A stretch of DNA of 64,000 nucleotides from Rickettsiales bacterium (GCA_018659605.1 JABJMA010000019.1:141-64140), one strand, 5' to 3'. Positions 1-10,339 are shown, counted from the first letter of the stretch. Made by a program: numbers and translations. The notes: generated by a model from the sequence alone, not told the origin.

Positions 1-26
1 ACTATGCGGGCGGACCCCGCCCCTAC
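1..26. repeat. Partial GC-rich inverted-repeat element (right end only, cut by the window edge)
   Basis: GC-rich island GCGGGCGGACCCCGCCCCTAC in AT-rich DNA, 10 nt beyond the acnA stop. Its end GCCCCTAC matches the termini of the elements at 8341-8404 and 18565-18634. Confidence 0.5.
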
Positions 27-36
27 ATATTAATTA

Positions 37-2679
37 TCAATTTAAAACTTCACGAACGACCCTTTGTAAAATTCCACCATTTTGATAATTTTGTAATTCA
101 ACATCAGTATCGATTTTAACGGTTAATTCTACATCTTGATTTTTGCCATCTATGGACTGAATATTAGCTGTAACTTTTGAGCCAACACCGATATTATTTA
201 AGCCCGAAATAGTAACTAATTCAGTTCCAGTTAATTTAAGTGTAAGCCTATTATCGTTTTTAAATATTAATGGAAGCACGCCCATACCGATTAAATTCGA
301 TCTATGAATTCGTTCAAAGCTCTCAGCAATTACAGCCTTAACTCCAAGTAAGCGGCTACCTTTTGCTGCCCAATCTCGTGATGATCCTGTTCCGTAATTT
401 TTACCGGCGAAAATAACCAAATCTTTGGCTAATGCTTGATAACTCATAGCTGCATCGTAAATTGGCATTTCGGTATTAGAACCGTTATTTTGGAATAATG
501 TTAATCCTCCTTCTACGCCACCCATCATTTCATTTTTGATTCGAACATTCGCAAAGGTACCACGCATCATTACTTCATGATTACCACGCCTTGAACCATA
601 AGAATTAAAATCTTTCGAATCAGTTCCTTCTCTTTCTAAATATAATGCAGCTGGTGAATCTTTGGCAATAGCTCCAGCAGGGGATATATGATCGGTGGTA
701 ATGTTGTCGCCAAATAAAGCTAATATCCGAGCATTTTTAATATCTCGATCTATTTTTTTATCTAAAGTGTCAAAGAAAGGTGGGTTTTGGATATAGGTGC
801 TAGTTTTATCAAATTCATAAGTTTCACTCGGAGTGAAGGTAATTTTCTGCCATTCCTCATCACCATCAAAAACTTCAGCATATTTGTTTGTGAACATTTC
901 TGGATTAATTGATTTACCGACATATTCAGCTATCTCACTATTAGAAGGCCAAAGATCTTTTAAATAAACATCATTACCATTCTGATCTTTTCCAAGAGAG
1001 GAGGTTGTAATATCAGATCTGGTATTACCCAAAATTGCATAGGCAACAACCAATGGAGGCGAGCCTAAATAACTAGCTTTAACAAGCGGATGAATTCTGC
1101 CTTCAAAATTTCTATTACCTGATAAAACTGATGATACAATTAATTGATTATCTTTAACAGATTGCTCAATTTCACTATCAAGAGGGCCAGAATTACCAAT
1201 ACAAGTGGTGCAACCATAACCCACAACATTAAAGCCTAATTGATTTAAATATGGCATTAATTCGGCTTTGTTTAAATATTCTGTAACTACTTGCGAACCA
1301 GGCGCGAGTGATGATTTTACAAAAGGTTTAAGTGTTAGGCCTTTCTCAATTGCTTTTTTAGCAAGCAGGCCTGCTGCAATCATAACATTGGGATTAGATG
1401 TGTTTGTACAAGATGTAATAGCAGCTATTACAATATCACCATGACGTAAAGTGTAATCTTGATCTTTAACGGAATATTTTGTATCTAGACCAACGTTAAA
1501 TTTTTGCGCAAAATCACTATTAACATTAGCTAGAGTTACTCGTTCTTGTGGTAATTTTGGCCCAGCTAAGCATGGCTCCACTGATGAAATATCAAAATCT
1601 AGCATTTCATCATAGGCTATTTGATCATTGCTATCACGCCAGAATTTCTGTTCTTTAAAATAAACTTCAGTTCGATCAATTATATCTACAGATCTGGCAG
1701 TTAATTTCATGTAATTAAGAGTTTCACGATCCACAGGAAAATAGGCCATAGTTGCACCAAATTCAGGCGACATATTGGAGATTGTAGCCCTATCAGCAAG
1801 CGGAAGATTACTTACAGCATCACCATAAAATTCAACAAATTTACCAACCACGCCATGTTTACGTAGTGTTTCACAAATAGTTAAAACAAGATCTGTTGCT
1901 GTTACGCCTTCATTTGCCTTTCCACTTAATTTAAAACCAACAACTTTCGGCACAACCAATGAGACTTCTTGCCCAAGCATTGCAGCTTCAGCTTCAATGC
2001 CACCAACTCCAAAGCCAAAGACGCCAATTCCATTAATCATAGTGGTATGAGAATCGGTTCCAACTAAACTATCCGGAAAAATCATTTTACCTAAAGCCGT
2101 ATCTTTAATATATGATACTTCAGCCAAATATTCTAAATTAACCTGATGACAAATTCCTGTTCCAGGAGGCACAGCTCGATAATTATCGAAAGCTGATTGG
2201 CCCCATTTTAAGAATTTATAACGTTCATTATTACGCTCTAACTCTTTTTTAATATTACCAGATAAAGCCGAACTTGTTTTGTAGAAATCAACTTGTACTG
2301 AATGATCAATAACTAAATCAACTTGGATGATAGGGTTGATATCATTTGGATTACCACCACCTTCTTTAAGAGCAGAACGCATAGAAGCCAAATCAACAAC
2401 TGCAGGCACCCCAGTGAAATCTTGCATTAAAACTCGCGCTGGGAAATAAGCTACTTCAACATTGTAAGTTTTAGCTAGATAATCTTTTATTCTGCTTTCT
2501 GCTTCAGCAGCATTATCTCTAAGTAACTCTGAGCGTAAGTAATTCTCAAATAATATCCTGATTGAATAGGGTAATTTCGTAATATCGCTATTAATTGATT
2601 TTAGGAAATTCTTCAGAGAGAAAAATTTATAGATTTTATCACCGATTGATAAATTCTGAATATATGGATTTTTAGTCAT
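37..2679 (-). CDS. acnA: Aconitate hydratase A (aconitase/IRP family)
   Basis: 880-aa ORF collinear with AcnA. Fe-S cluster Cys motifs ITSCTNTSNP and GCTTCIGNSG are present, plus the swivel-domain motif GTGSSRDWAAKG. Confidence 0.95.
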   Translation of the reverse strand: MTKNPYIQNLSIGDKIYKFFSLKNFLKSINSDITKLPYSIRILFENYLRSELLRDNAAEAESRIKDYLAKTYNVEVAYFPARVLMQDFTGVPAVVDLASMRSALKEGGGNPNDINPIIQVDLVIDHSVQVDFYKTSSALSGNIKKELERNNERYKFLKWGQSAFDNYRAVPPGTGICHQVNLEYLAEVSYIKDTALGKMIFPDSLVGTDSHTTMINGIGVFGFGVGGIEAEAAMLGQEVSLVVPKVVGFKLSGKANEGVTATDLVLTICETLRKHGVVGKFVEFYGDAVSNLPLADRATISNMSPEFGATMAYFPVDRETLNYMKLTARSVDIIDRTEVYFKEQKFWRDSNDQIAYDEMLDFDISSVEPCLAGPKLPQERVTLANVNSDFAQKFNVGLDTKYSVKDQDYTLRHGDIVIAAITSCTNTSNPNVMIAAGLLAKKAIEKGLTLKPFVKSSLAPGSQVVTEYLNKAELMPYLNQLGFNVVGYGCTTCIGNSGPLDSEIEQSVKDNQLIVSSVLSGNRNFEGRIHPLVKASYLGSPPLVVAYAILGNTRSDITTSSLGKDQNGNDVYLKDLWPSNSEIAEYVGKSINPEMFTNKYAEVFDGDEEWQKITFTPSETYEFDKTSTYIQNPPFFDTLDKKIDRDIKNARILALFGDNITTDHISPAGAIAKDSPAALYLEREGTDSKDFNSYGSRRGNHEVMMRGTFANVRIKNEMMGGVEGGLTLFQNNGSNTEMPIYDAAMSYQALAKDLVIFAGKNYGTGSSRDWAAKGSRLLGVKAVIAESFERIHRSNLIGMGVLPLIFKNDNRLTLKLTGTELVTISGLNNIGVGSKVTANIQSIDGKNQDVELTVKIDTDVELQNYQNGGILQRVVREVLN

Positions 2680-2741
2680 TTTAATCTAAAATATAAGGTC
2701 TAATAAGAAATTAATCATAAAATCATAATTAACAATCGATC

Positions 2742-3212
2742 TTATGTTTTTTCACATCTAATATGGCCCTCTGTTTCCTGTAATGAGTCTGCATCAGAAA
2801 ATTTTAGTTTTTTTCTATGATGCGAGCATATAGTGTTTGGAACTTGATCGGCATCACTACAGACCTCATTTATTCTTTGACAGAACTCTGCTAATCCTGG
2901 GATTGGATTACTGGTATTATTATTACATATTTGATTTCTGTAATCTGCTATCATTGCTTCAAATTGTGTTATACCATTAGCATTGCTTATAACGTCAGTA
3001 CCACAAATTTTTTGCAAATCTGCAAGGTCTATAAATGGAGATTTTGTTTCACAAGAGAAAATTATTTGCATTATTTTGCCACAACTCATTAAGGAATCAA
3101 AATCTTCTCTATCAGGACTTTTGACAACATTTTTGTTATAAGATTTATCGCTTGAGTCAAAGGCGGGAAAACTAATGCTTCGTGCTCTCGTATTTTTAAG
3201 GAACGGTCTCAT
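2742..3212 (-). CDS. Hypothetical Cys-rich protein
   Basis: 156-aa ORF with 9 Cys, no signal peptide, and no family recognised. Coding status is supported only by ORF length and its position in an intergenic slot. Confidence 0.35.
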   Translation of the reverse strand: MRPFLKNTRARSISFPAFDSSDKSYNKNVVKSPDREDFDSLMSCGKIMQIIFSCETKSPFIDLADLQKICGTDVISNANGITQFEAMIADYRNQICNNNTSNPIPGLAEFCQRINEVCSDADQVPNTICSHHRKKLKFSDADSLQETEGHIRCEKT

Positions 3213-3362
3213 TTTGCTAACTTAAAAGTTAAAATACATAGATGCAGTAAAAAAATAGATTACAGAATTGTCAATCTTTATTTTAAAGATAAGAAATGGT
3301 ATAAAAAGTTTATAAATAAACTTTTTTGCTTATTTATAACTGTAATTAGATCAGAATTCATT

Positions 3363-3977
3363 ATGCTTACAATTGAGAATATTTCATTATCATTAGACGA
3401 TAAAGTTATTATCAAAGAATTGTCATGTAGTTTTTTTCAATGCTCTGTCAGTTTGTTAGATGGAGCAAATAAAGTAGCAAATACTTTGTTACTGAAAACC
3501 TTAGCTGGATTGCATAAAGCTTACCAAGGTGATATTTTGGTTCAGCAAAATAATATTTTAGATAGTTTTGAAGCTTATAAAAATGATATTAACTATATTA
3601 GTAGCCGAGATGGTTTAAAACTTGGTTTGAGCGTGATGGATAATATTGAGCATTGGGCTAGTATTTATGAAACTGAGATTCTGATCAATACAGCTTTTCA
3701 TTTTTTTGAATTAGAAGAATTAGCTGATAGTAAAATTCAAGATTTAACAAAAGAGCAAAGACAGCGTGTTTCATTAACTCGCTTAATTCTAAAACCAACA
3801 CCAATCTGGTACCTAGATAATCCTTGCCTGCATTTGGAAGAGAAAATGAAAAAGAAATTTTGCAACATGATAGAGGTTAGGGCTAGGGAAGGTGGTATTA
3901 TTTTAATTAATAGCGAGAATAAAGACATCCCAGTCGTAAATAATAAGATTAATCTTTCAGATTTTGACCCAAAATGA
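3363..3977 (+). CDS. ccmA: CcmA-like ABC ATPase with degenerate nucleotide-binding motifs
   Basis: Collinear with heme-exporter CcmA and overlaps a CcmB-like ORF by ATGA. Walker A reads GANKVANT (canonical GPNGSGKT). The signature reads LTKEQ (LSAGQ). Walker B reads IWYLDNP (LDEP). Confidence 0.6.
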   Translation: MLTIENISLSLDDKVIIKELSCSFFQCSVSLLDGANKVANTLLLKTLAGLHKAYQGDILVQQNNILDSFEAYKNDINYISSRDGLKLGLSVMDNIEHWASIYETEILINTAFHFFELEELADSKIQDLTKEQRQRVSLTRLILKPTPIWYLDNPCLHLEEKMKKKFCNMIEVRAREGGIILINSENKDIPVVNNKINLSDFDPK

Positions 3978-4315
3978 TTTTTAAGATTTTAGCTTTTGAT
4001 ATAAAAGATTTTCGTAACCATCTTACTAAATGGGCTCAAAATCTTGGTGTTTTTATATTAGCAATTACCATATTATATTTTGGCTTTAATGATTTTATTG
4101 CGCCGAGTGCGATAGTGATAATTACCCTAGCAATGCTTTATATTAATAGCATCGATTTCATAAAAGATGATTTTCATAATGGAATCATAGATCAATATCT
4201 TATTGCTAATATCAAGCTGTACAGAATCATAATTGTTAAATCACTATTTTTACTATTGATAAATTTACCTATGATTTTGATATCGATATTGGTCTATTTA
4301 CCCTTCTTGACGTAA
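3974..4315 (+). CDS. ccmB: CcmB-like heme exporter membrane protein, N-terminal half only (truncated, possible relic)
   Basis: 113 aa matching about the first half of the roughly 220-aa CcmB, including the block FIKDDFHNGIIDQYLIANIKLYRIIIVK (compare F..D.edGsLEQL). Only 64 bp remain before the next gene, so the C-terminal TM helices are absent. Confidence 0.5.
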   Translation: MIFKILAFDIKDFRNHLTKWAQNLGVFILAITILYFGFNDFIAPSAIVIITLAMLYINSIDFIKDDFHNGIIDQYLIANIKLYRIIIVKSLFLLLINLPMILISILVYLPFLT

Positions 4316-4379
4316 AAGCAAATCTAGATACTGTCTGGGATAAGAGTCTCTCTCCTACGAATGTAAATTTAGTGCAAAT

Positions 4380-6317
4380 CTACTCTTTATCCAAAATATG
4401 CAAATAGATAATCATATTCTCTAAAATTCTTTGAACGTAATTTCTTGTTTCCGGGAAAGGAATTTTCTCAACCCAATCTATAATATCATAAATATTATTA
4501 TATTCTCTGATATCTCCATTACGCTTAATCCATTTATTCACATTAGAAGGTCCTGCATTATAGGAAGCAACAGCCAAAATATAGGAATTATCGAATTTAT
4601 CTAATAAGTGATTAATATAATAACCACCTAATTTTAGGTTATATTCCTGATCATTACGTAACCTATTATAGCTGTATTTTAACTTTAAGCGCTTAGATAC
4701 ATCGCGCGCAGTTGCTGGCATTAATTGCATAAAGCCAATCGCACCCTTGCTACTAATAGCTTTGTCATTAAAACCGCTTTCTTGCTTAATAATAGCAAAA
4801 GCTAAAGATCTATTTTTGAAGTTAATATCTTCAATGATTGGGTAGTTAGCGGTTGTGATGACATTCTTGCGAGTTGCAAATCTTGATATTTTTAAAATGA
4901 ATTGCTGGTCATTTGTTTGTTTGAAAATTGCCAAATAAAGAAAAAGATTTGCATTTTTTATATTATTTTCAATTACATATTTAGCAAACTTGTAAGACTC
5001 TTTATTATAACCAAGATATTGCAAATATAGACTTAGCCTTAATGCTAGGTTAGTATTAACCCTAAATCGTAATTCTGAGTTATCATAAGGCTTGAGTTTT
5101 GGTAATGATATTTGAAGATTTTGTGCATCTTCCATTAATGCCATTTGCCCATAATAGGTGGTACTATATCCACTAGCTACACGAAACCATTTGCTGGCTT
5201 CGGTACTATTACCTAATGTTTTATAACTTCTTGCCAGCCAATAAGATGCTCGTGAGAGACTGATTGTATAACTAACATTATTATACATATTGGTAAAATG
5301 AATAACAGCCTCTTCAGGCTTGTCGATAAATCTTAAGGCTGTCCATCCTGCAAGCCATTCCATCTCGGCATATGCAGCAGTACCAGCTCTAATCTGATGA
5401 TTTTGTAATATTTGATATGCTGTCTTATAATTTCCTTTTTCAATATTATAACGAGCATTACGTATTTTTGCATTTTTGAATCTTTTGGGCACTTCTAATT
5501 CAGATGGTAGTGATAGCAGGTATTTACTTACTTTACTGTCTTGGTTTTTTGCATTATAATATTTTGTAATGTAGAAAATTAGAGCTTCATCATTCTGATA
5601 TTCCTCCGGCAAGCTACTCAAGAGTGATATTGATGATTTCGAGAGTTTTTTAAAGTTTGTTATAACTTTTAAATATTTTTTATAATCTTTATCCCTTATG
5701 TAATATCCAAGGAAATTTGCAGTTTTGATATTACCATTAATTAAATATTGATTTGATTTGGCAATGATATCTTGTTCATTTATGTAATTTTTATAATATT
5801 CCATAAATGTTTTTAATTCTGTGAAGTTATGCTCCCCTTTAAGCCAACTTGTTCTGATTAACTCTCTTTCTTTAGCCTCTGTTAGAGAGTTATTACTTTT
5901 GTGCAAATCAATATATTTCCTGACAATATCTAATTTATAGGCGTTATGACCTATGACAAGATTTGATAAATCATTAGCATTAACCTCCTGTTCCTTTGCC
6001 GCCAGTATAAATCTTTCCTGCATATTCCAAGGAAGTGGTATATTGGTGATCATTTTCTGGTAATTTAGTAAGCTTTCTAGTGAGAAATAATCTTCTTTTT
6101 GAATTATTAACCACTGGGTTAGTAATTTTATAGCATCGTCATCACAATGATCAGATTTGATTAATGCATCAGTATATTTGCCGCGAATAAGTAATGCATC
6201 AACCTGCTTAAGGCAGTGTAAATCATTTGGATCGAGAATATCTGTATAATCTGCATAAAGATTAGTTTGCAGAAAACAGAAAGTGATAAATATATATAAT
6301 AATATTCTTTGACCCAA
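4380..6317 (-). CDS. slt: Soluble lytic murein transglycosylase (Slt70-like)
   Basis: Signal peptide, long helical-repeat region, and a C-terminal SLT domain with the catalytic block AIIKQESGFNDKAISSKGAIGFMQLMPATA. Confidence 0.85.
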   Translation of the reverse strand: MGQRILLYIFITFCFLQTNLYADYTDILDPNDLHCLKQVDALLIRGKYTDALIKSDHCDDDAIKLLTQWLIIQKEDYFSLESLLNYQKMITNIPLPWNMQERFILAAKEQEVNANDLSNLVIGHNAYKLDIVRKYIDLHKSNNSLTEAKERELIRTSWLKGEHNFTELKTFMEYYKNYINEQDIIAKSNQYLINGNIKTANFLGYYIRDKDYKKYLKVITNFKKLSKSSISLLSSLPEEYQNDEALIFYITKYYNAKNQDSKVSKYLLSLPSELEVPKRFKNAKIRNARYNIEKGNYKTAYQILQNHQIRAGTAAYAEMEWLAGWTALRFIDKPEEAVIHFTNMYNNVSYTISLSRASYWLARSYKTLGNSTEASKWFRVASGYSTTYYGQMALMEDAQNLQISLPKLKPYDNSELRFRVNTNLALRLSLYLQYLGYNKESYKFAKYVIENNIKNANLFLYLAIFKQTNDQQFILKISRFATRKNVITTANYPIIEDINFKNRSLAFAIIKQESGFNDKAISSKGAIGFMQLMPATARDVSKRLKLKYSYNRLRNDQEYNLKLGGYYINHLLDKFDNSYILAVASYNAGPSNVNKWIKRNGDIREYNNIYDIIDWVEKIPFPETRNYVQRILENMIIYLHILDKE

Positions 6318-6496
6318 TTTATAAGCTCGTTAAATGATGCGATCGAAAGATATTTATATCAGATACTATCTTTTATCCATTAAAAATTTTACTAACTATC
6401 AGGATAAGAGAGAATTTCTTAAGGGAAATATGAATTTTCTTTTATTTATTTGCCCTTATATCTAAATATACTAAAATCTAACCGTGTTATATATAT

Positions 6497-7291
6497 ATGT
6501 TTGTAGCTGATTTTGATCCTAACTTTATTTCACTTGGGCCAATATCAATAAAATGGTATTCCCTTGCTTATATTTTTGGTATAATAGTTGGTTTTTGTTA
6601 TCTAGCCTTCTTAGAAAAAAAATACACTTTAAAGCTTTTCTCAAAAAAACAATTAGATGATTTGATGTTTAAGATTGTCCTAGGAATAATTCTAGGCGGT
6701 AGGTTTGGATATGTCTTGTTTTATAATTTGCCTTATTATCTATCCAACCCTATTGAGGCCCTATATGTGTGGCAGGGAGGCATGTCTTTTCATGGCGGTT
6801 TGATAGGATTAACTATAGCTGTATATCTTCATAGTCAGAAAGAAAAGAATGGATTCCTACGTAATATGGATTTCCTTGCTTGCGCCACTCCTCCGGGATT
6901 GTTTTTTGGTCGCATTGCTAACTTTATTAATGGGGAATTATATGGTAAGATTACGACATCAGACTTTGGCATTATTTTTCCTCGCGGCGGAATGGAACCA
7001 AGGCACCCAAGTCAGCTATATGAGGCCACTTTGGAAGGAATTGTCACTTTTTGTATTTTATGCTATTTAGTTAGAATCAAATCTATCAGGGAACAATCTG
7101 GCAGATTGGCAGCAAGTTTTATGATTTGCTATGGTATTTCACGTATTATAATTGAATTTTTTAGGATACCTGATCAGCATATAGGCTATCTTGTTTCCTT
7201 TGTAACGATGGGACAATTATTATCGTTGCCTATGATATTACTTGGAATCTATATGATTCTTCATAAGAAAAATTATTTTACCAGATTATAG
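6497..7291 (+). CDS. lgt: Prolipoprotein diacylglyceryl transferase
   Basis: Polytopic membrane protein with Lgt blocks GGMSFHGGLIG and GRIANFINGELYG. Confidence 0.9.
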   Translation: MFVADFDPNFISLGPISIKWYSLAYIFGIIVGFCYLAFLEKKYTLKLFSKKQLDDLMFKIVLGIILGGRFGYVLFYNLPYYLSNPIEALYVWQGGMSFHGGLIGLTIAVYLHSQKEKNGFLRNMDFLACATPPGLFFGRIANFINGELYGKITTSDFGIIFPRGGMEPRHPSQLYEATLEGIVTFCILCYLVRIKSIREQSGRLAASFMICYGISRIIIEFFRIPDQHIGYLVSFVTMGQLLSLPMILLGIYMILHKKNYFTRL

Positions 7292-7297
7292 TCTTGG

Positions 7298-8344
7298 ATG
7301 CAGAACAAGCTAAGCAATAAAATCATTAACCAGATTAAAATCAGTGGTCCTATCAGTATTGCTGAGTTTATGCAGCTATGTCTTTTAGATCCCCAATATG
7401 GGTATTATACCAATGAGAACCCTTTTGGTAGCGAAGGGGATTTTATCACAAGTCCGGAAATATCCCAATGTTTTGGTGAGGTTATAGCTTTATATTGTTT
7501 ATATTATCTACAAGATTCTGAAGGTGAAATTCAAATTATTGAGTTAGGGCCAGGTAGAGCCTTATTAATGCAGGACATGTTAAGGACTTTTCAAAAGTTC
7601 CCGAACTTCAATTCAAAAATATCAGTACATCTTGTTGAAAAAAGTCCTAAATTACGAAAAATACAACAGGAGAAATTAGCCGGTTTTGGTTTTAAAATTC
7701 ACCATTACTCAGAATTTAATCAGGTTCCAAAATCATTAAGTTTTATTATTTCAAATGAGTTGTTGGATTGTATCCCGATGCAGCAATTTGAGTTCTCTAA
7801 AGCTGAATGGTATGAGCGTAAGATTGACTATCAAGATAATTTCTGCTTTCGTTTAGCTAAGACGCCAGCAAGTCTGCTTTATCCTAAATTATTTCTGGCA
7901 GACTCAAGTAATAATGATGGCGATGTTTTTGAATTATCCTCTGCGACCATTACATTAATAAATGAAATTGCAGAATTTACACAAATAACTAAATCAAAAG
8001 CATTAATTTTTGATTATGGTTATAATTCTTATGATTTTAAGCCGACTATTCAGGCTGTAAAATCGCATAAATATAAAAATATCTTTGCAAATCTAGGTCA
8101 GCAGGATTTAACATATTTAGTTAATTTTTCGGCCATACAGCAAACTTTAGCAGAAACTAATCTCTGTAATTATGCATTATATGACCAAGGTGATTTTCTT
8201 TTGTCCATAGGGTTGGGTGCGCGAATAGATATGTGTAAGCAAAATAAATCTGAGGAGATTAAAGCTAAATTAGACAGATCATTATATCGCCTAACCTCTA
8301 AGGAGGAAATGGGTAGTTTGTTTAAAGTATTAGAATTGTCGTAG
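7298..8344 (+). CDS. SAM-dependent methyltransferase, MidA/NDUFAF7 (DUF185) family
   Basis: Blocks GDFITSPEISQCFGE and ELGPGRALLMQD are typical of the MidA/NDUFAF7 family. The TAG stop lies inside the left terminus of the repeat at 8341-8404. Confidence 0.8.
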   Translation: MQNKLSNKIINQIKISGPISIAEFMQLCLLDPQYGYYTNENPFGSEGDFITSPEISQCFGEVIALYCLYYLQDSEGEIQIIELGPGRALLMQDMLRTFQKFPNFNSKISVHLVEKSPKLRKIQQEKLAGFGFKIHHYSEFNQVPKSLSFIISNELLDCIPMQQFEFSKAEWYERKIDYQDNFCFRLAKTPASLLYPKLFLADSSNNDGDVFELSSATITLINEIAEFTQITKSKALIFDYGYNSYDFKPTIQAVKSHKYKNIFANLGQQDLTYLVNFSAIQQTLAETNLCNYALYDQGDFLLSIGLGARIDMCKQNKSEEIKAKLDRSLYRLTSKEEMGSLFKVLELS

Positions 8345-8404
8345 GGGCTCTCCCCCGTGATAAAGTTCGGAGTATGCTTTAGGGAACAATAACCTCGCTC
8401 CTAC
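8341..8404. repeat. GC-rich terminal-inverted-repeat element (64 bp)
   Basis: GTAGGGGC...GCTCCTAC termini. It sits exactly between two convergent genes, and both TAG stops (8342-8344 on +, 8401-8403 on -) lie inside the termini. Confidence 0.7.
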
Positions 8405-9141
8405 GAAACAATATCATTAATAATAGATATTAAAATTCGCAGGTCCGAATCGCTTGATAGACGGTGGTCACTATTTGTTCGCAGAATTAACCTTTTCTTT
8501 TCAGACGCTATCTTGCCAAATATTCTGGTTGAGGTTTCAAAAGGAACATCTTGATCCTTTTGCCCATGAATGCAGAAAGTCGGAATATTTATATTAATTG
8601 GTTTATCAGTATCAAGTAATAAATTTTCTCGCCCAGACTCTATGAGCTTTTTACTAATAGGGTATTCTTGATCACATTCTGAAGAGGGTAGGTTATAGAT
8701 GCCACCATTATTGATAAATTCCTGTGTATTGTCTGATAAATCATTCCATATGAGATCCTCAGTGAAATCAGGTGCCGCAGCAAGTGTAACTAGAGCTTTA
8801 ATCTTCTTTGGCCTTTTGAGAGATGCCAATAGAGCTAGCCAGCCACCAAGACTTGATCCAATTAGAATAACAGGATTTTGGGCTAGATTATCGATAACGT
8901 TCAGACTATTTTCTAGCCAATCATTAATTCCAAAATCACTAAAGTTACCATCTGACTGTCCATGACCAAGATAATCAAAGCGAATATTACCTAGGCCATT
9001 CCTAACAGCGTAATCTTCAATATAGAGGGCTTTTGTTCCCATCCTATCAGATCTTAGTCCCGGTAAGAAAATTAGATCAAATTTATTGCCTATAATTTGA
9101 TCATAAGCAATATTACCATCTTGCACTCTATGAAAATTCAT
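8401..9141 (-). CDS. Alpha/beta-fold hydrolase
   Basis: Nucleophile elbow GSSLGG, plus a later D and H (SDHRL), in a 246-aa alpha/beta hydrolase layout. Confidence 0.7.
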   Translation of the reverse strand: MNFHRVQDGNIAYDQIIGNKFDLIFLPGLRSDRMGTKALYIEDYAVRNGLGNIRFDYLGHGQSDGNFSDFGINDWLENSLNVIDNLAQNPVILIGSSLGGWLALLASLKRPKKIKALVTLAAAPDFTEDLIWNDLSDNTQEFINNGGIYNLPSSECDQEYPISKKLIESGRENLLLDTDKPININIPTFCIHGQKDQDVPFETSTRIFGKIASEKKRLILRTNSDHRLSSDSDLRILISIINDIVS

Positions 9142-9178
9142 ATAATATTTTGGAAAATTTTATTCTATTTAGAAGGCA

Positions 9179-10339
9179 ATGACGAAGAAATCAAGTCTAA
9201 CAATTATGCAATTAGTTCCAACAATGAATTCTGGTGGAATTGAACGAGGTACTATTGAGATTGCTGAGGCAATTATAGAGGAAGGTTTTAAATCAATCGT
9301 GCTAACAAAAGGAGGCATCTTAGAGCCAAGGTTGAGCAAGTCTGGGAGTAAGGTTATTCATATGGATGTAGCCTCTAAAAACCCTTTTACTATCTGGCGT
9401 AATATTAACAAAATAGTGAAGATTATAAAAGATGAAAAGGTTGATATTCTTCATGCCAGATCAAGGGTACCAGCTTGGAGTGCTTACTATGCCTGCCGTA
9501 AAACTAAAGCTAAGTTCCTTACTACTTTTCATGGCGTCTATTCTGGTAAGTCATTTCTAAAGAAGAAATATAATTCGATTATGACAAAGGCAGATTTGGT
9601 TATTGCTGTTTCTGATTTTATTCGTAAACATATGATCGATAATTATGCAGTAAATCCTAAGAAAATTCGCAAGATCTATCGAGGGGTTGATCTAAGTCTT
9701 TTTGACAAGAAAAGAGTTAGTATAGATCAAGTTGTTAAATATATGGCAAAATGGAATATCCCGGAAGATAAGCATATTATTTTACTGCCAGGAAGGCTAT
9801 CAAGATGGAAAGGTCAGGAGGTCTTAATTGAGGCCCTGGCCCAAATAAAAGATGAAAATTATTTTTGTCTTATTTTAGGGGATAGGTCAAAATCACCTAA
9901 ATTTGTAAAAACACTTGAGGCATTAATAGATAATAATGGTTTATCAGATCGGATATGTATTTATGATAATGTTCAGGACATATTGAATCTTTATCATATC
10001 TCAAATTTGGTAATTTCAACAAGTACAAGGCCTGAGGCGTTTGGCAGGGTTATGGTTGAAGCTGGCGCAATGGGTAAAATTGTCATCGCCACAAATCACG
10101 GAGGAGCGCGTGAGACTATAGTTGATGAGAGAACAGGATTTTTGGTAGAGCCAAATGATCCAAAAATGCTAGCTAGTAAAATTAAGAAAGTAATTAATCT
10201 AACTAAGGCAAGGCGTGGTTTAGTTAAAAAATCTGCAGTTAAGCATGTTAATGAGAATTTCGGAATTGATTTAATGCAGCAAAAGACTATAGAGGTGTAT
10301 AAGGAGTTACACAAGAAGAGGATTAAATCAGTCAAATGA
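9179..10339 (+). CDS. Glycosyltransferase family 4 (GT-B, group 1)
   Basis: N-terminal GGIERG block and C-terminal EAFGRVMVEAGAMGKIVIATNHGGARE block, typical of GT4 enzymes. Confidence 0.8.
   Translation: MTKKSSLTIMQLVPTMNSGGIERGTIEIAEAIIEEGFKSIVLTKGGILEPRLSKSGSKVIHMDVASKNPFTIWRNINKIVKIIKDEKVDILHARSRVPAWSAYYACRKTKAKFLTTFHGVYSGKSFLKKKYNSIMTKADLVIAVSDFIRKHMIDNYAVNPKKIRKIYRGVDLSLFDKKRVSIDQVVKYMAKWNIPEDKHIILLPGRLSRWKGQEVLIEALAQIKDENYFCLILGDRSKSPKFVKTLEALIDNNGLSDRICIYDNVQDILNLYHISNLVISTSTRPEAFGRVMVEAGAMGKIVIATNHGGARETIVDERTGFLVEPNDPKMLASKIKKVINLTKARRGLVKKSAVKHVNENFGIDLMQQKTIEVYKELHKKRIKSVK

Noticed and set aside
6849-7070. 73-aa same-strand alternative-frame ORF inside lgt
   Set aside because: It is nested out of frame in a well-supported gene, with no independent start context or family resemblance. 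The same applies to 17919-18101 inside ubiD, 51032-51262 inside the saccharopine-DH-like gene, and 44811-45071 at the end of paralog A.
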